The notes beneath the pieces were generated by a model. It worked only from the letters and a program-made list of their open reading frames with translations. It had not been told where the DNA came from and ran no database searches. The position numbers were made by a program, and so were the translations under genes. A DNA stretch of 60,478 nucleotides from an uncultured Agitococcus sp. GTDB taxonomy: Bacteria > Pseudomonadota > Gammaproteobacteria > Pseudomonadales > Moraxellaceae. The DNA lies in assembly GCF_937920075.1 (NCBI RefSeq), contig NZ_CALETI010000172.1, positions 1-60,478 of the forward strand. Reading direction: 5' to 3'. Shown in pieces: positions 41,541 to 52,500 of the stretch (its first letter is position 1; each line of letters begins with the position of its first letter).

Positions 41541-42455
41541 CTAATTGGTATATTGTTGAAATAGTTGTTTTAACACTTCTCGTAACCAACGATGGGCAGG
41601 GTCTTTGTTAGCACTGCGATGCCAATATAAGTGCATATCCAATATTGGACTTTTGAGCGGAAAATCAAACAGTTGATTGCCAAATTGTGCATTTGCTAAA
41701 CGGGCATATTGCTCGGGCATGGTTAATAATAAATCGGTTTCACTTACCACGCGACACGCGGCAAAATAATGTTGGCAACGTAAACGAATGTCTCTTTTAT
41801 AGCCAGCTTTATTTAATTCTACGTCTTCTAATGCCCAACCTTTACGTCGTGTTGATACCATAATATGACGTTGTGCTAAATAATTGTCTAAATTTAAGCC
41901 TGAAGCTAATGCAGGGTGTTGTTGACGAGCAACCACAACCAATTGGTCACTGACCACAGGTAAATGTTCAATGCTATCACTGACGGCATAAGGAATTTCT
42001 AAGGCAAAATCAATATTTCCTGCCGTTAATTCACTCTCTAAATCTTGTCGGTCTAAACGCACACTCGATAAACAAATATGCGGCGCGTGCTGTTGTAGGT
42101 GTTGTAATAACGGCGGCAGAATCGACGCTTCTAACACATCTCGTAAGCCTAAATAAAAATGTCGTTCGCTCTGTAATGGTTCAAATAAGGGTTCTTGGTT
42201 AATGCTTTGCTCAAAGCTTTGTAAAGCCTGTTGAATGGGTACAATCAATTGGCGAGTGTAGGGTGTAGGAATCATCTGTGTGCCTTGCCGCACAAATAAG
42301 GGGTCTTTGAGGAGTTCACGTAAACGCGCCAAGGCATGACTGACCGCAGGTTGAGTTAAATGCAGTTTTTGACTGGCACGGGTAATATTGCCTTCACGAT
42401 AGATAGCATCTAAGACGATAAATAAATTCAAATCCACCCGACTAATATGCAGCAT
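41541..42455 (-). CDS. LysR-family regulator (NodD/LeuO-like)
   Basis: VDLNL, LTQPAVSHALARLR, DPLFVR, DPAHRWLR. Confidence 0.93.
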   Translation of the reverse strand: MLHISRVDLNLFIVLDAIYREGNITRASQKLHLTQPAVSHALARLRELLKDPLFVRQGTQMIPTPYTRQLIVPIQQALQSFEQSINQEPLFEPLQSERHFYLGLRDVLEASILPPLLQHLQQHAPHICLSSVRLDRQDLESELTAGNIDFALEIPYAVSDSIEHLPVVSDQLVVVARQQHPALASGLNLDNYLAQRHIMVSTRRKGWALEDVELNKAGYKRDIRLRCQHYFAACRVVSETDLLLTMPEQYARLANAQFGNQLFDFPLKSPILDMHLYWHRSANKDPAHRWLREVLKQLFQQYTN

Positions 42456-42545
42456 ATTGATAGTTGTCCATGCAAACTATTCATTTGCTAGATGATAGAA
42501 CGCGGTCTAAGCTCAATGCAAATTTATTGCACAGAGAACAAAATC

Positions 42546-43775
42546 ATGGATTTTTCTTATTCTGCCAAAGCCCAAGATTATCTGGCACGTTTGCAACAGT
42601 TTATGCGTGACGAAGTTTATCCTGCCGAAGCGGCCTATTTTCAAAGTTTAAGTCATAGCCCAAATCATCAACATTGGCGGCAGCCTGAAGTGATGGAGCA
42701 ATTAAAAGTCAAAGCGAAGGCCGCAGGCTTGTGGAATTTGTTTTTGCCTGATGAAGAGTATGGCGCAGGTTTAAGTAATAGTGATTATGCACCTTTAGCC
42801 GAAATGATGGGTACGTCTTTTATTGCATCCGAAGTATTTAACTGTAATGCACCCGATACAGGCAATATGGAAGTCTTGGTTAAATATGGTTCTGAACAGC
42901 AAAAACAACAATGGTTATTGCCCTTATTACGCGGTGAGATTCGTTCGGCATTTTGTATGACTGAACCTGATGTTGCCTCAAGTGATGCCACCAATATGCA
43001 AGCTACCGCGATTATTGACGGTGATGAAGTGGTGATTAATGGCCGCAAGTGGTGGAGTACAGGTATTGGTCATCCCAACTGCAAAATTTTGATTTTTATG
43101 GGCTTAACCGACCCGACAGCCGAAAAACATCGTCAACATTCAATGGTATTAGTGCCGATTGATGCTCAAGGCGTCAAAGTAGAAAGAATGTTGCCTGTTT
43201 TTTCCAGTTTTGATGAGCCGTCAGGACATGGTGAGGTGTCCTTTACTAATGTGCGTGTGCCGATTAGTAACATTATTGCAGGGGCAGGACGTGGTTTTGA
43301 AATTGCACAAGGGCGTTTAGGGCCAGGCCGTATTCATCATTGTATGCGTGCGATTGGCGCGTCTGAACGTGCTTTAACATTGTTGTGTCAACGTGCGGGA
43401 ACACGGGTGGCTTTTGGTAAGCCTATCGCTAAATTAGGCGCAAATCCAGATATTGTGGCTAACTGTCGCATGGCGATTGAGCAAGCACGATTATTAACGT
43501 TAAAAGCAGCATGGATGATGGATACCGTGGGTGTAAAAGGGGCAATGAGTGAAATTTCTCAAATTAAAGTGGTTGCGCCCAATGTTGCCCAACAAGTAAC
43601 GGACGCGGCAATTCAAATTCATGGTGGTGCAGGCTTGTCCGATGATTTCCCCTTGGCGGCATTATATGCTTATGCACGAGTATTGCGTTTAGCGGATGGG
43701 CCTGATGAAGTACATAGAGCCTTGATTGCCAAATTAGAATATAAAAAGCAAATCGCTAAATTGGCAGGAGCATAA
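42546..43775 (+). CDS. Acyl-CoA dehydrogenase (ACAD10/11-like)
   Basis: [50 protein letters not shown]. Confidence 0.92.
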   Translation: MDFSYSAKAQDYLARLQQFMRDEVYPAEAAYFQSLSHSPNHQHWRQPEVMEQLKVKAKAAGLWNLFLPDEEYGAGLSNSDYAPLAEMMGTSFIASEVFNCNAPDTGNMEVLVKYGSEQQKQQWLLPLLRGEIRSAFCMTEPDVASSDATNMQATAIIDGDEVVINGRKWWSTGIGHPNCKILIFMGLTDPTAEKHRQHSMVLVPIDAQGVKVERMLPVFSSFDEPSGHGEVSFTNVRVPISNIIAGAGRGFEIAQGRLGPGRIHHCMRAIGASERALTLLCQRAGTRVAFGKPIAKLGANPDIVANCRMAIEQARLLTLKAAWMMDTVGVKGAMSEISQIKVVAPNVAQQVTDAAIQIHGGAGLSDDFPLAALYAYARVLRLADGPDEVHRALIAKLEYKKQIAKLAGA

Positions 43776-43780
43776 CTAGT

Positions 43781-44851
43781 ATGGACAATCTTTTAGACAA
43801 AGCAGGTTCGGTGCGTCAGGGTGAAGAGTTAGATATTACCCGTATTGACCAATTTTTAAAAAGTCAGTTGCCGTCTTTACAAGGTGAACCACGTTTAGAA
43901 CAGTTTGCAGGTGGCGCGTCAAATTTAACCTATTTGTTAGCGTATGCCGATCGTGACTTGATCTTGCGTCGTCCACCGTTTGGCCATAAAGCTAAGTCGG
44001 CACATGATATGTTGCGTGAAGCACAAATTATGACTGCACTAAAACCTGTCTATCCTTATGTGCCAAGCGTATTGGCGAGTAGCCATGCAGATGAGGTGAT
44101 GGATGTCGATTTTTATGTCATGGAACGGATTAAAGGCATTATTCCTCGGCAAAACTTGCCCAAATCACTCAATTTAAACCCTGAGCAAACTCGCCAGTTG
44201 TGCATTAATGTCATTGATAAAATGATTGAATTGCATCAAGTGGATTATCGTGCAGCAGGTTTAAGTCATTTGGGGAAAGGTGAGGGCTATGTCAAACGAC
44301 AAATTGATGGTTGGACAGACCGTTATGAAAAAGCACGCACGCCCGATGTGGGGAGTTTTGCGGACGTGATGGCATGGTTAAAAGCCAAAATGCCCAGTCA
44401 AGATGTGGCTACTTGTTTGATTCATAATGATTTTCGTTTTGATAATGTCGTGCTAAATCCTGATAATCCTTTAGAAGTGATTGGTGTGTTAGATTGGGAA
44501 ATGGCAACACTGGGCGACCCATTAATGGATTTAGGTAACACGTTGGCTTATTGGGTGCAAGCGGATGATGATGGGGTGATGCAAATGATGCGTCGTCAGC
44601 CCACCCATTTGGCAGGTATGTTAACGCGCCAAGAAGTGATTGATTATTATGGCCAAAAAACAGGTTATAAAGTCGATAATTTTGATTTTTATAGTATTTA
44701 TGGCTTGTTCCGTTTAGCGGTGATTGCCCAACAAATTTATTATCGTTTTTATCATGGCCAAAGCAAAAATGCCCAATTTGCCATGTTTGGTCAAATGGTC
44801 AATTATCTTGAGCAACGTTGTTTAGGTTTAATCGTAAACTCTAAATTATAA
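43781..44851 (+). CDS. Aminoglycoside phosphotransferase-fold kinase (ACAD10/11 kinase-like)
   Basis: QFAGGASNLTY, LRRPP, AHDMLRE, HNDFRFDN, LDWEMATLGDP. Confidence 0.9.
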   Translation: MDNLLDKAGSVRQGEELDITRIDQFLKSQLPSLQGEPRLEQFAGGASNLTYLLAYADRDLILRRPPFGHKAKSAHDMLREAQIMTALKPVYPYVPSVLASSHADEVMDVDFYVMERIKGIIPRQNLPKSLNLNPEQTRQLCINVIDKMIELHQVDYRAAGLSHLGKGEGYVKRQIDGWTDRYEKARTPDVGSFADVMAWLKAKMPSQDVATCLIHNDFRFDNVVLNPDNPLEVIGVLDWEMATLGDPLMDLGNTLAYWVQADDDGVMQMMRRQPTHLAGMLTRQEVIDYYGQKTGYKVDNFDFYSIYGLFRLAVIAQQIYYRFYHGQSKNAQFAMFGQMVNYLEQRCLGLIVNSKL

Positions 44852-44866
44852 GTTTTGAGGTAAAAA

Positions 44867-45568
44867 ATGGCGGCAATTTATTTGGTGCGACATGGTCAAG
44901 CCAGTTTTGGCGCGGCGGATTACGACCAATTATCGGCGCGTGGTGAGCAACAAGCCCAGCTCCTTGGTCAATGGTTAAAAGATTGTCATTTACCTGTTGA
45001 AAAAGTCTATTTAGGGCAGGCAAAACGGCATTTACAAACCGCACAACATTGTTTGGCAATGACTGATAATTTATCAGCAAATGCTTGGCAAAGCTTAACG
45101 GGTTTTAATGAGTTTGACCATGTTGAGATTTTAAATCGTTATCGTCCTGATTTGGCCGAACATAGCACAATGGCACAGTTTTTAGCGGCCAGTCCACAGC
45201 CGCGTAAAGCTTTTCAAGCCTTGTTTAGTGCGGCAGTTGACCGTTGGTTAAGTGGCGAATATGACCATGATTACCAACAAACATGGTCAGCATTTCAACA
45301 GGCAACTTGGCAAGCCTTAGCACAAGTGCGTGCTGAAGCAGCGAATGCACGTCATATTTGGGTGTTTACGTCGGGCGGCACAATTACCGCGATTGTGCAG
45401 CAGTTATTGGCCTTAGACCCTAAACAAGCCTTTGCTATTAATTGGAATTTGGTCAATACGGGTGTGACTAAGCTGTTGTTTAGTGGCGAACGAATTAGCC
45501 TTAGCTATCTCAATAGTCATGGCCATTTAGAACAACAGCATCAAGCAGAATTGATAACTTATCGTTAA
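44867..45568 (+). CDS. Histidine phosphatase family protein
   Basis: LVRHGQASF motif. Confidence 0.9.
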   Translation: MAAIYLVRHGQASFGAADYDQLSARGEQQAQLLGQWLKDCHLPVEKVYLGQAKRHLQTAQHCLAMTDNLSANAWQSLTGFNEFDHVEILNRYRPDLAEHSTMAQFLAASPQPRKAFQALFSAAVDRWLSGEYDHDYQQTWSAFQQATWQALAQVRAEAANARHIWVFTSGGTITAIVQQLLALDPKQAFAINWNLVNTGVTKLLFSGERISLSYLNSHGHLEQQHQAELITYR

Positions 45569-45570
45569 AT

Positions 45571-45603
45571 CCTCACCCCAACCCTCTCCCAAAGGGGAGG
45601 GAG
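45571..45603. repeat. REP-like palindrome, CCCTCTCCC family (inverted relative to 26257 and 31234)
   Basis: cctcaccccaaccctctcccaaaggggagggag. Confidence 0.75.
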
Positions 45604-45622
45604 TTAAAGTCGAGTATAAAAA

Positions 45623-46393
45623 ATGACAATAGCAAATACCTTTGATTTATCTGGAAAAATAGCCCTAGTGACAGGCGCAAGTCGTGGCATTGGCCAAGCG
45701 ATTGCTGAGTTATTAGCCCAACATGGCGCACATGTGATTATTTCGAGCCGTAAAGCCGAAAGTTGTCAGATGGTGGTTGATAATATTATTAATGCAGGTG
45801 GCTCAGCCGAAGCAATGGCTTGTCATATTGGTGAGATGGCACAAATCGAAGCCATTTTTGCCCAAATTGAGGCTAAACATGGTCGTTTAGATATTCTGGT
45901 CAATAATGCTGCAACCAATCCGCATTTTGGTTCGATTGTCGATACCGATATTAATGCTTTTCAAAAAACCGTTGATGTGAATATTCGTGGTTACTTTTTT
46001 ATGTCCTCATATGGCGCAAAATTGATGGCGAAAAACGGTGGCGGCGCGATTGTTAATGTGGCTTCGGTAAATGGTGTTATTCCGGGTTTATTTCAGGGCA
46101 TTTATTCGATTACCAAAGCCGCTGTGATGTCGATGACCCAAGCCTTTGCCAAAGAATGTGCGGGCATGGGCGTGCGTGTTAATGCTTTATTACCGGGTTT
46201 TACCGATACCAAATTTGCCTCAGCTTTGGTGAAAAATGAGCAAATTGTTAAGTCAGTGTTACAACATGTACCGATGAATCGTATTGCTCAGCCGAATGAA
46301 ATGGCAGGTGCGGTATTGTATTTAGTATCACCTGCGGCCAGTTATACAACGGGTGTGTGTTTAAATGTTGATGGTGGATATTTGTTGGGCTAA
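45623..46393 (+). CDS. Short-chain dehydrogenase/reductase (DHRS4-like)
   Basis: TGASRGIG, NNAATNP, YSITK. Confidence 0.92.
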   Translation: MTIANTFDLSGKIALVTGASRGIGQAIAELLAQHGAHVIISSRKAESCQMVVDNIINAGGSAEAMACHIGEMAQIEAIFAQIEAKHGRLDILVNNAATNPHFGSIVDTDINAFQKTVDVNIRGYFFMSSYGAKLMAKNGGGAIVNVASVNGVIPGLFQGIYSITKAAVMSMTQAFAKECAGMGVRVNALLPGFTDTKFASALVKNEQIVKSVLQHVPMNRIAQPNEMAGAVLYLVSPAASYTTGVCLNVDGGYLLG

Positions 46394-46395
46394 AA

Positions 46396-47238
46396 ATGAA
46401 AAATCTAAAAAACAAAGTTGCAGTGATTACAGGTGCAGCCGAAGGCATTGGCAAAGCCATTGCTCAACAAGCGGCACAACACGGCATGAAGCTCGCTTTA
46501 GCCGATATTAATAGCCAAAAATTACAAACAACCGTCGATGAGTTTGTTGCACAAGGGGTCGAGGTATTTAGCCAAGCGTTTGATGTGGCTAATCATCAAC
46601 AGGTTGATGCCTTTGCCAATGCGGTATTTGCCCATTTTGGTAACGTTCATCTGTTAGTCAATAATGCAGGGGTGGCGATTTCTCGGCCTGTTTGGGAAAC
46701 CACGCCTGAAGATTGGCAGTGGGTGATGGGGGTTAATTTTTATGGGGTAACCAATGGTTTAAGAGCTTTTATTCCCCGAATGTTAGCCAACAATGAAGAA
46801 GGGCATATTGTTAATACAGCATCAGTTGCAGGCATGTTATCGTTGCCATGTACTGCCGCTTATAATGCCAGTAAACATGCGGTGGTGACGGTTTCTGAGG
46901 GTTTGTTTTTTGATTTACAACTGCGTCAAGCTAAGTTAAAAGTCTCGGTATTGTGTCCTGCATGGGTCAAAACAGGCATTGCCGAAGCAGAGCGTAATCG
47001 CACTGTTGGCCAAAGCATTGATTTTAGTCAAGCCGACCAAGTTAATCGTTTTACCGCAGGTATGGTGCAACAAGCAGTGGCGAAAGGTATTCCTGTCGAA
47101 AAAGTGGCTAATGATGTCTTTACGGCGATTCAAGAAGAACGCTTTTATATCTTTACCCATGCCAAAATTAAATCATCCATACAACTACGCATGGAAGATA
47201 TTTTACAAGAGCGTAATCCAACTTTAGTGAGTTTGTGA
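46396..47238 (+). CDS. Short-chain dehydrogenase/reductase
   Basis: TGAAEGIG, NNAG, YNASK. Confidence 0.92.
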   Translation: MKNLKNKVAVITGAAEGIGKAIAQQAAQHGMKLALADINSQKLQTTVDEFVAQGVEVFSQAFDVANHQQVDAFANAVFAHFGNVHLLVNNAGVAISRPVWETTPEDWQWVMGVNFYGVTNGLRAFIPRMLANNEEGHIVNTASVAGMLSLPCTAAYNASKHAVVTVSEGLFFDLQLRQAKLKVSVLCPAWVKTGIAEAERNRTVGQSIDFSQADQVNRFTAGMVQQAVAKGIPVEKVANDVFTAIQEERFYIFTHAKIKSSIQLRMEDILQERNPTLVSL

Positions 47239-47239
47239 C

Positions 47240-48040
47240 ATGCCTTATTTAACGGTAAATGGTGCAAATATTTATTACGAAGAGCATGGCCAAGGTGCGC
47301 AAACCATTGTTTTTGCGCATGGTTTGTTGTGGAGTGGTCAAATGTATGAGGCACAAGTTGCCTTCTTTAAACAGCATTATCGTTGTATTACCTTTGATTT
47401 TAGAGCACAAGGCCGTTCCCAAGCGACCGACAGTGGTTATGACATGGACACACTTGCTGCTGATGCTTTGGCTTTGATTAAACAATTGGTTGGCAAACCT
47501 GTGCATTTTGTTGGTTTGTCGATGGGCGGTTTTGTCGGTATGCGTTTGGCCATTCATCATCGGGAATGGTTGTTGTCTTTAAGTTTGCTCGAAACTTCCG
47601 CCGACCCAGAACCTAAGCAAAATTTATTAAAATATAAAGTCTTACCCAAAATTGCCCGTTGGTTGGGGATGGCCGTGGTTGCGCCACAAGCGATGCACAT
47701 CATGTTTGGTCAAACCTTTTTAACTGACCCTCATCGTGCTGAACAACGCGCCGAAATGCGTCGGCGTTTGTTGCAAAACGACCGAATCAATATTGGCAAA
47801 GCCATTAATGGTGTGTTTAGTCGACAAGGGGTTTATCAATATTTACCTTCAATTACGACACCCACTTTGATTGTTGTCGGTGATGAAGATATTGCCACCA
47901 TTCCTGCCAAATCACGACGCATGCACGCCGCAATTAAACACAGTCAATTGGTGGTGATTCCACAAGCAGGGCATACCTCAACCGTTGAAACACCTGATGC
48001 AGTCAATGCAGCCTTAGAAAAGTTTATAAAGGTAACATAA
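47240..48040 (+). CDS. Alpha/beta hydrolase (enol-lactonase-like)
   Basis: AHG, GLSMGG nucleophile elbow, GDED, AGH. Confidence 0.88.
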   Translation: MPYLTVNGANIYYEEHGQGAQTIVFAHGLLWSGQMYEAQVAFFKQHYRCITFDFRAQGRSQATDSGYDMDTLAADALALIKQLVGKPVHFVGLSMGGFVGMRLAIHHREWLLSLSLLETSADPEPKQNLLKYKVLPKIARWLGMAVVAPQAMHIMFGQTFLTDPHRAEQRAEMRRRLLQNDRINIGKAINGVFSRQGVYQYLPSITTPTLIVVGDEDIATIPAKSRRMHAAIKHSQLVVIPQAGHTSTVETPDAVNAALEKFIKVT

Positions 48041-49017
48041 TGAAAGCAATCCTCTGTAAAACTCATGGCCTTCCCGAAACACTTGTTTTAGAAGATATTC
48101 CTTCACCACAAGCAGGTGCAAAACAAGTCGTCATTAGCGTCAAAGCCTGTGGTGTTAATTTTCCTGATACCTTAATTATTCAAAATAAATACCAATTTAA
48201 ACCCGAATTGCCCTTTTCACCAGGTGGTGAAGTGGCGGGTGTGGTTAAAGAAGTTGGCGAAGGTGTTAAACACCTAAAAGTCGGAGATACCGTCATTGCC
48301 ATGACCGGCTGGGGTGGCTTTGCCGAAGAAGTTGTCACTGATGGCTCACGGGTGTTTCCTGTGCCACCCGTCTTTGATTTCAAAACAGCAGCAACTTTTG
48401 CTTATGTCTTTGGCACGTCCTATCACGCTTTGAAAGACCGTGCTCAGTTGCAAGCAGGTGAAACCGTATTGGTCTTGGGGGCAGCAGGTGGAGTGGGTTT
48501 AGCTGCGGTGCAACTCGCCAAAGTCATGGGGGCAAAAGTGATTGCTGCCGCCTCAACGGCTGAAAAATTAGCGGTTTGCCAACAATATGGTGCAGATGCT
48601 GTGGTGAATTACACCGAAGCTAACTGGCGTGAACAAATCAAAACCTTAACTGACGGTAAAGGAGTGGATGTGGTTTACGATGCGGTGGGTGGCGATTATG
48701 CCGAACCCGCCTTGCGTTCAATGGCATGGCGTGGTCGTTATTTAGTGGTTGGCTTTGCTGCGGGCGATATTCCCAAAGTGCCACTAAATTTAGCTTTACT
48801 CAAAGGTTGTGCAATTGTTGGTGTGTTTTGGGGAGAGTTTGCGGTTCGGCAAAAACAAGATAATCAAGCCAATATGATGCAGTTGTTTGCATGGCTGATG
48901 CAGGGGCAATTAAAACCGCATATTTCGGCAGAATATCCCTTGGCGCAAGCCGCTCAAGCCTTGAATGACTTAATGCAGCGTAAAGTAACAGGTAAAGCGG
49001 TATTAGTCATGGAGTAA
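48040..49017 (+). CDS. NADPH:quinone oxidoreductase (MDR family)
   Basis: GVNFPD, PFSPGGE, GAAGGVG, GKAVL. Confidence 0.9.
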   Translation: MKAILCKTHGLPETLVLEDIPSPQAGAKQVVISVKACGVNFPDTLIIQNKYQFKPELPFSPGGEVAGVVKEVGEGVKHLKVGDTVIAMTGWGGFAEEVVTDGSRVFPVPPVFDFKTAATFAYVFGTSYHALKDRAQLQAGETVLVLGAAGGVGLAAVQLAKVMGAKVIAAASTAEKLAVCQQYGADAVVNYTEANWREQIKTLTDGKGVDVVYDAVGGDYAEPALRSMAWRGRYLVVGFAAGDIPKVPLNLALLKGCAIVGVFWGEFAVRQKQDNQANMMQLFAWLMQGQLKPHISAEYPLAQAAQALNDLMQRKVTGKAVLVME

Positions 49018-49025
49018 AGTAATCA

Positions 49026-49052
49026 TCGACTCCGTGCTTTGCATGGAGTCGA
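49026..49052. terminator. Hairpin between convergent genes
   Basis: tcgactccgtgc-ttt-gcatggagtcga. Confidence 0.65.
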
Positions 49053-49073
49053 CATGATAACTAAGATGCTAAG

Positions 49074-49319
49074 CTAAGCATGAACAACCGTTGGTACGGC
49101 AATGGTTGTTTGCTCTTTACGCGCCCATGCCCGTTCATGAAAGAAAAAAGCCACCGCTTGCACACTAGGCTCCAACATACTCAAGGTTAACGCCATCCAA
49201 ATATTGCCTGTTACCATAAAAGCAACTGCCGCAGCGACAGTAATGTGCATCACATAGTAACTAAACGTCTTTTTTAAGGTATAACGATTGGTGCTAATAA
49301 ATTGTTTAATGTGAGCCAT
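49074..49319 (-). CDS. DUF2061 small membrane protein
   Basis: KTFSYYVMHITVA..VTG....LEP.VQ...FFFHERAW. Confidence 0.85.
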   Translation of the reverse strand: MAHIKQFISTNRYTLKKTFSYYVMHITVAAAVAFMVTGNIWMALTLSMLEPSVQAVAFFFHERAWARKEQTTIAVPTVVHA

Positions 49320-49541
49320 GATCGTATCCTCTAGGTTATGCTTTCATAGACTCCATCTTAGAGAGAAAATATGATTGTGTAAAACTATTAGTTTTTATTG
49401 ATTTAATAGTTTTTATATATTGATGTCATGTTTTAAAAGTTCTACAAACTCTATTTTGACAGTCGGACAATTTACGGCTAATAATATATTTATATTAAAT
49501 TTCAATCTATTGGTAATTGTTTTCTAGGGATATAGGAATTT

Positions 49542-52500
49542 ATGGATAAACCATCCACCTCATTGTTACGTACTATTATCGCTCATCCCTTATTTGGTAA
49601 TTTACTTTTAGCCTGTCTTTATTTTTTAACGGGGCATATTGGTTTAGCGTTAGCCGCTGCGCCTAATTTTGCAACGGCTGTTTGGCCTGCATCGGGCATT
49701 GCTTTAGCATGGGTATTGATGTTTGGTTGGCGTTTTGCGATTGGTGTTGTATTGGGGTCTTTTGTGGTATCTAGCTTAGAGACTGCCAAAGCCTTAGAGT
49801 TGAGCGTCTTTGAAATTAACCATTTGATTCCCCTTGCAATTGCTTGTGGTGCAGCCGCACAAGCGGTGTTAGGCGCATGGTTAATTAAACGTTATGCAAA
49901 TTATCCTAATCCTTTGGATACGCCACTCAATGTTTTTAAGTTATTACTGTTGGGTGGAGTGATTGCTACTTTATTGAATGCAACATGGAGTGTATCAGTC
50001 TTATATTTTAGTAAAGCAATTAGCCAAGATTTTGTTTTACAAAGTTGGTTTGTATGGTGGGTTGGTGACAGTATTGGTGTATTGGTATTTGCCCCCATGT
50101 TATTGGCCTTAGGTTCAGACAGTCCTTTTTTTAACAAAACAAGGGCAGTGTTAGTAGCTTTTGTTTCGGTAACCACCTTTGCATTAGCTGCATTAATTTT
50201 TTTATTAGCTGTACAGTTAGAACATAAAGATCGATTAGCAGAGTTTAAGGCACATACTCAACAATTGATGCAGCAATTACAACAACGCCTACAAGAATAT
50301 GAAAGTTTTGCTCTATTTGCGCAAGGTTTTTTTGCAGGGAGTGAATTTGTCTCTCAAGAGGAGTTTTATCGTTTTTCTAAATCATGGCTGCAAAAACATA
50401 ATGAGGTACAAGCGGTTGAATGGGCTCCTAAAGTATTATTATCACAGCGTAGTCAATGGGAAAAACAGCAGTCAGAACTCTTAAAGCAAGCTGTCTTGAT
50501 TACCGAGCGTGGTGGTACACAACGTGATGCTGTGTTAATGACAGCTCGTGAGCGTGAATTGTATTTCCCTATTTTGTATATTGAGCCTTGGCAAAAAAAT
50601 CAACAAATGTTGGGGTATGACACTCAAAGTAATGAAGGCAGCGCTGACCTACTCAAGCATATTATGTCAACTGAATTACCGTTGTTATCGTCACCGCTAA
50701 AATTAATTCAAAGTCCAACTAAAGAATCAGGTGTTTTATTGTATGTGCCAATTTTTCAACCAGATGTTGCACGTAATATTAATAGCTTAAAAGGCGTTTT
50801 AATTTTAGTGTTAAAAAATGAAATGGTTTTGGCTAAAGTACATCAAGAGCTAATTGGCAAATCCTTTTTATTATTAGTGAGAGACCAGCACAGCAAACAA
50901 AGCATTTATGGCATTGAACCGAGCGCGGCAGAATTAAAAAAAGTCAGCTCCTTACAAATGTATTATCAAGGTAGAGTCTCTTTTGGTCAACGATTATGGA
51001 TAGTAGATATTTGGCCTTCGGGTCAAAAATTGGCTAGCTATCAATCATGGGTCACATGGTTAGTATTAGTTGTTGGTTTATTAAGTACTAGCTTAGCGGT
51101 GAGTTATACTTTAATTAGCACGGGCTATCGTCAATCTTTAGAAAAAGCGGTTAAACGACAAACAGATACCTTAGTCAGACAAAATCAACAGTTAGAACTT
51201 GCACGTCAGGATGCAGATAAAGCCAATGCCGCTAAAAGTCTGTTTTTGGCCAATATGAGCCACGAGATTAGAACACCAATGAGTGGTGTGTTGGGCATGA
51301 CCGAATTATTGCGTGATACCTCTTTAAATATGCAGCAACAACAATATTTGCAAGTGATTTATGCCTCTGGCAAAGCCATGCTCAGTATTATTAATGATAT
51401 TTTGGATTATTCTAAAATTGAAGCAGGCAAAATGGAGGTTGAGCAAATAGATGTTGATCTTGGTGAAGTATTACTAGAGTGTTCTTCTATTTTTTATTTA
51501 GTTGCCGAACAAAAAGGCATTGATTTTATTGTGAGTGTCGAAGCCAATACACCTACCTTAGTACAAACCGATCCCACTCGTTTAAAACAAATTTTGTTAA
51601 ATTTGTTAAGCAATGCTTTTAAATTTACCACCAATGGTCAAGTGTCCTTGCGTATTTATCAGCGACATAGTCAAGATTCGTGGTTATACATTGAGGTAGC
51701 CGATACGGGCATTGGTATTTCTGCTGAGCAAAAGCACAGCTTATTTGATGCCTTTCAACAAGCCAATTTAAGCACCACGAGGCAGTTTGGTGGGACAGGA
51801 CTAGGCTTGAGTATTAGCAAACAATTAGCAGAGTTATTACATGGTCAAATTGTTGTCGAAAGTGAGTTAGCCAAAGGTTCTCGTTTTATTGTGGCATTGC
51901 CTTATGTGATGGCAACAGAGCAATTTAAAGAGCAGCATCGTCAAGCTTCATCATTATTAAAAGGTTTAAGAGTCTTATTGGTGGATGATAATAATGACTT
52001 TGGCCGTCACATTGTTCAGCAAGCAGAATTATGGGGCATACACATTGATATTATTCACGATGGTGAATATGCCTTGTTATTGTTAAAACGAGCGGTGCAA
52101 GGGCAAAGGCCATATCATGTGGTTATTTTTAATGTCCAACAAAGTACCATTAGCATTGAAACTTTAGCCGAGCAAATCAAACAAAGTCCAGAACTGCAAT
52201 CGTTAAAGCGTATTTTGGTATCTCGTGTGGCAACACAACCTACGGCACAACAACTAGCAGATTTGGCAATAGATGCAGTGATGCAAAAACCACACTCCTT
52301 TATGCCAATGCGTGATGCTATTTTAAGTGTTATTCCTGTCGAGCAAATAGATCAGCGTTATGGCGCATTAAGTCCAACACAATCGTCAATTTTAGCTAAA
52401 AAGCATATTTTGTTAGCAGAAGATTACATGGTCAATCAGATGGTGATTGTCGCCATGTTGCAAAAAATGCACATCACAGTTGATGTGGTGAGTAATGGTA

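Noticed and set aside
43781..44851. Aminoglycoside resistance gene
   Set aside because: Motifs and operon context fit the ACAD10/11-type metabolic kinase, not APH resistance enzymes.
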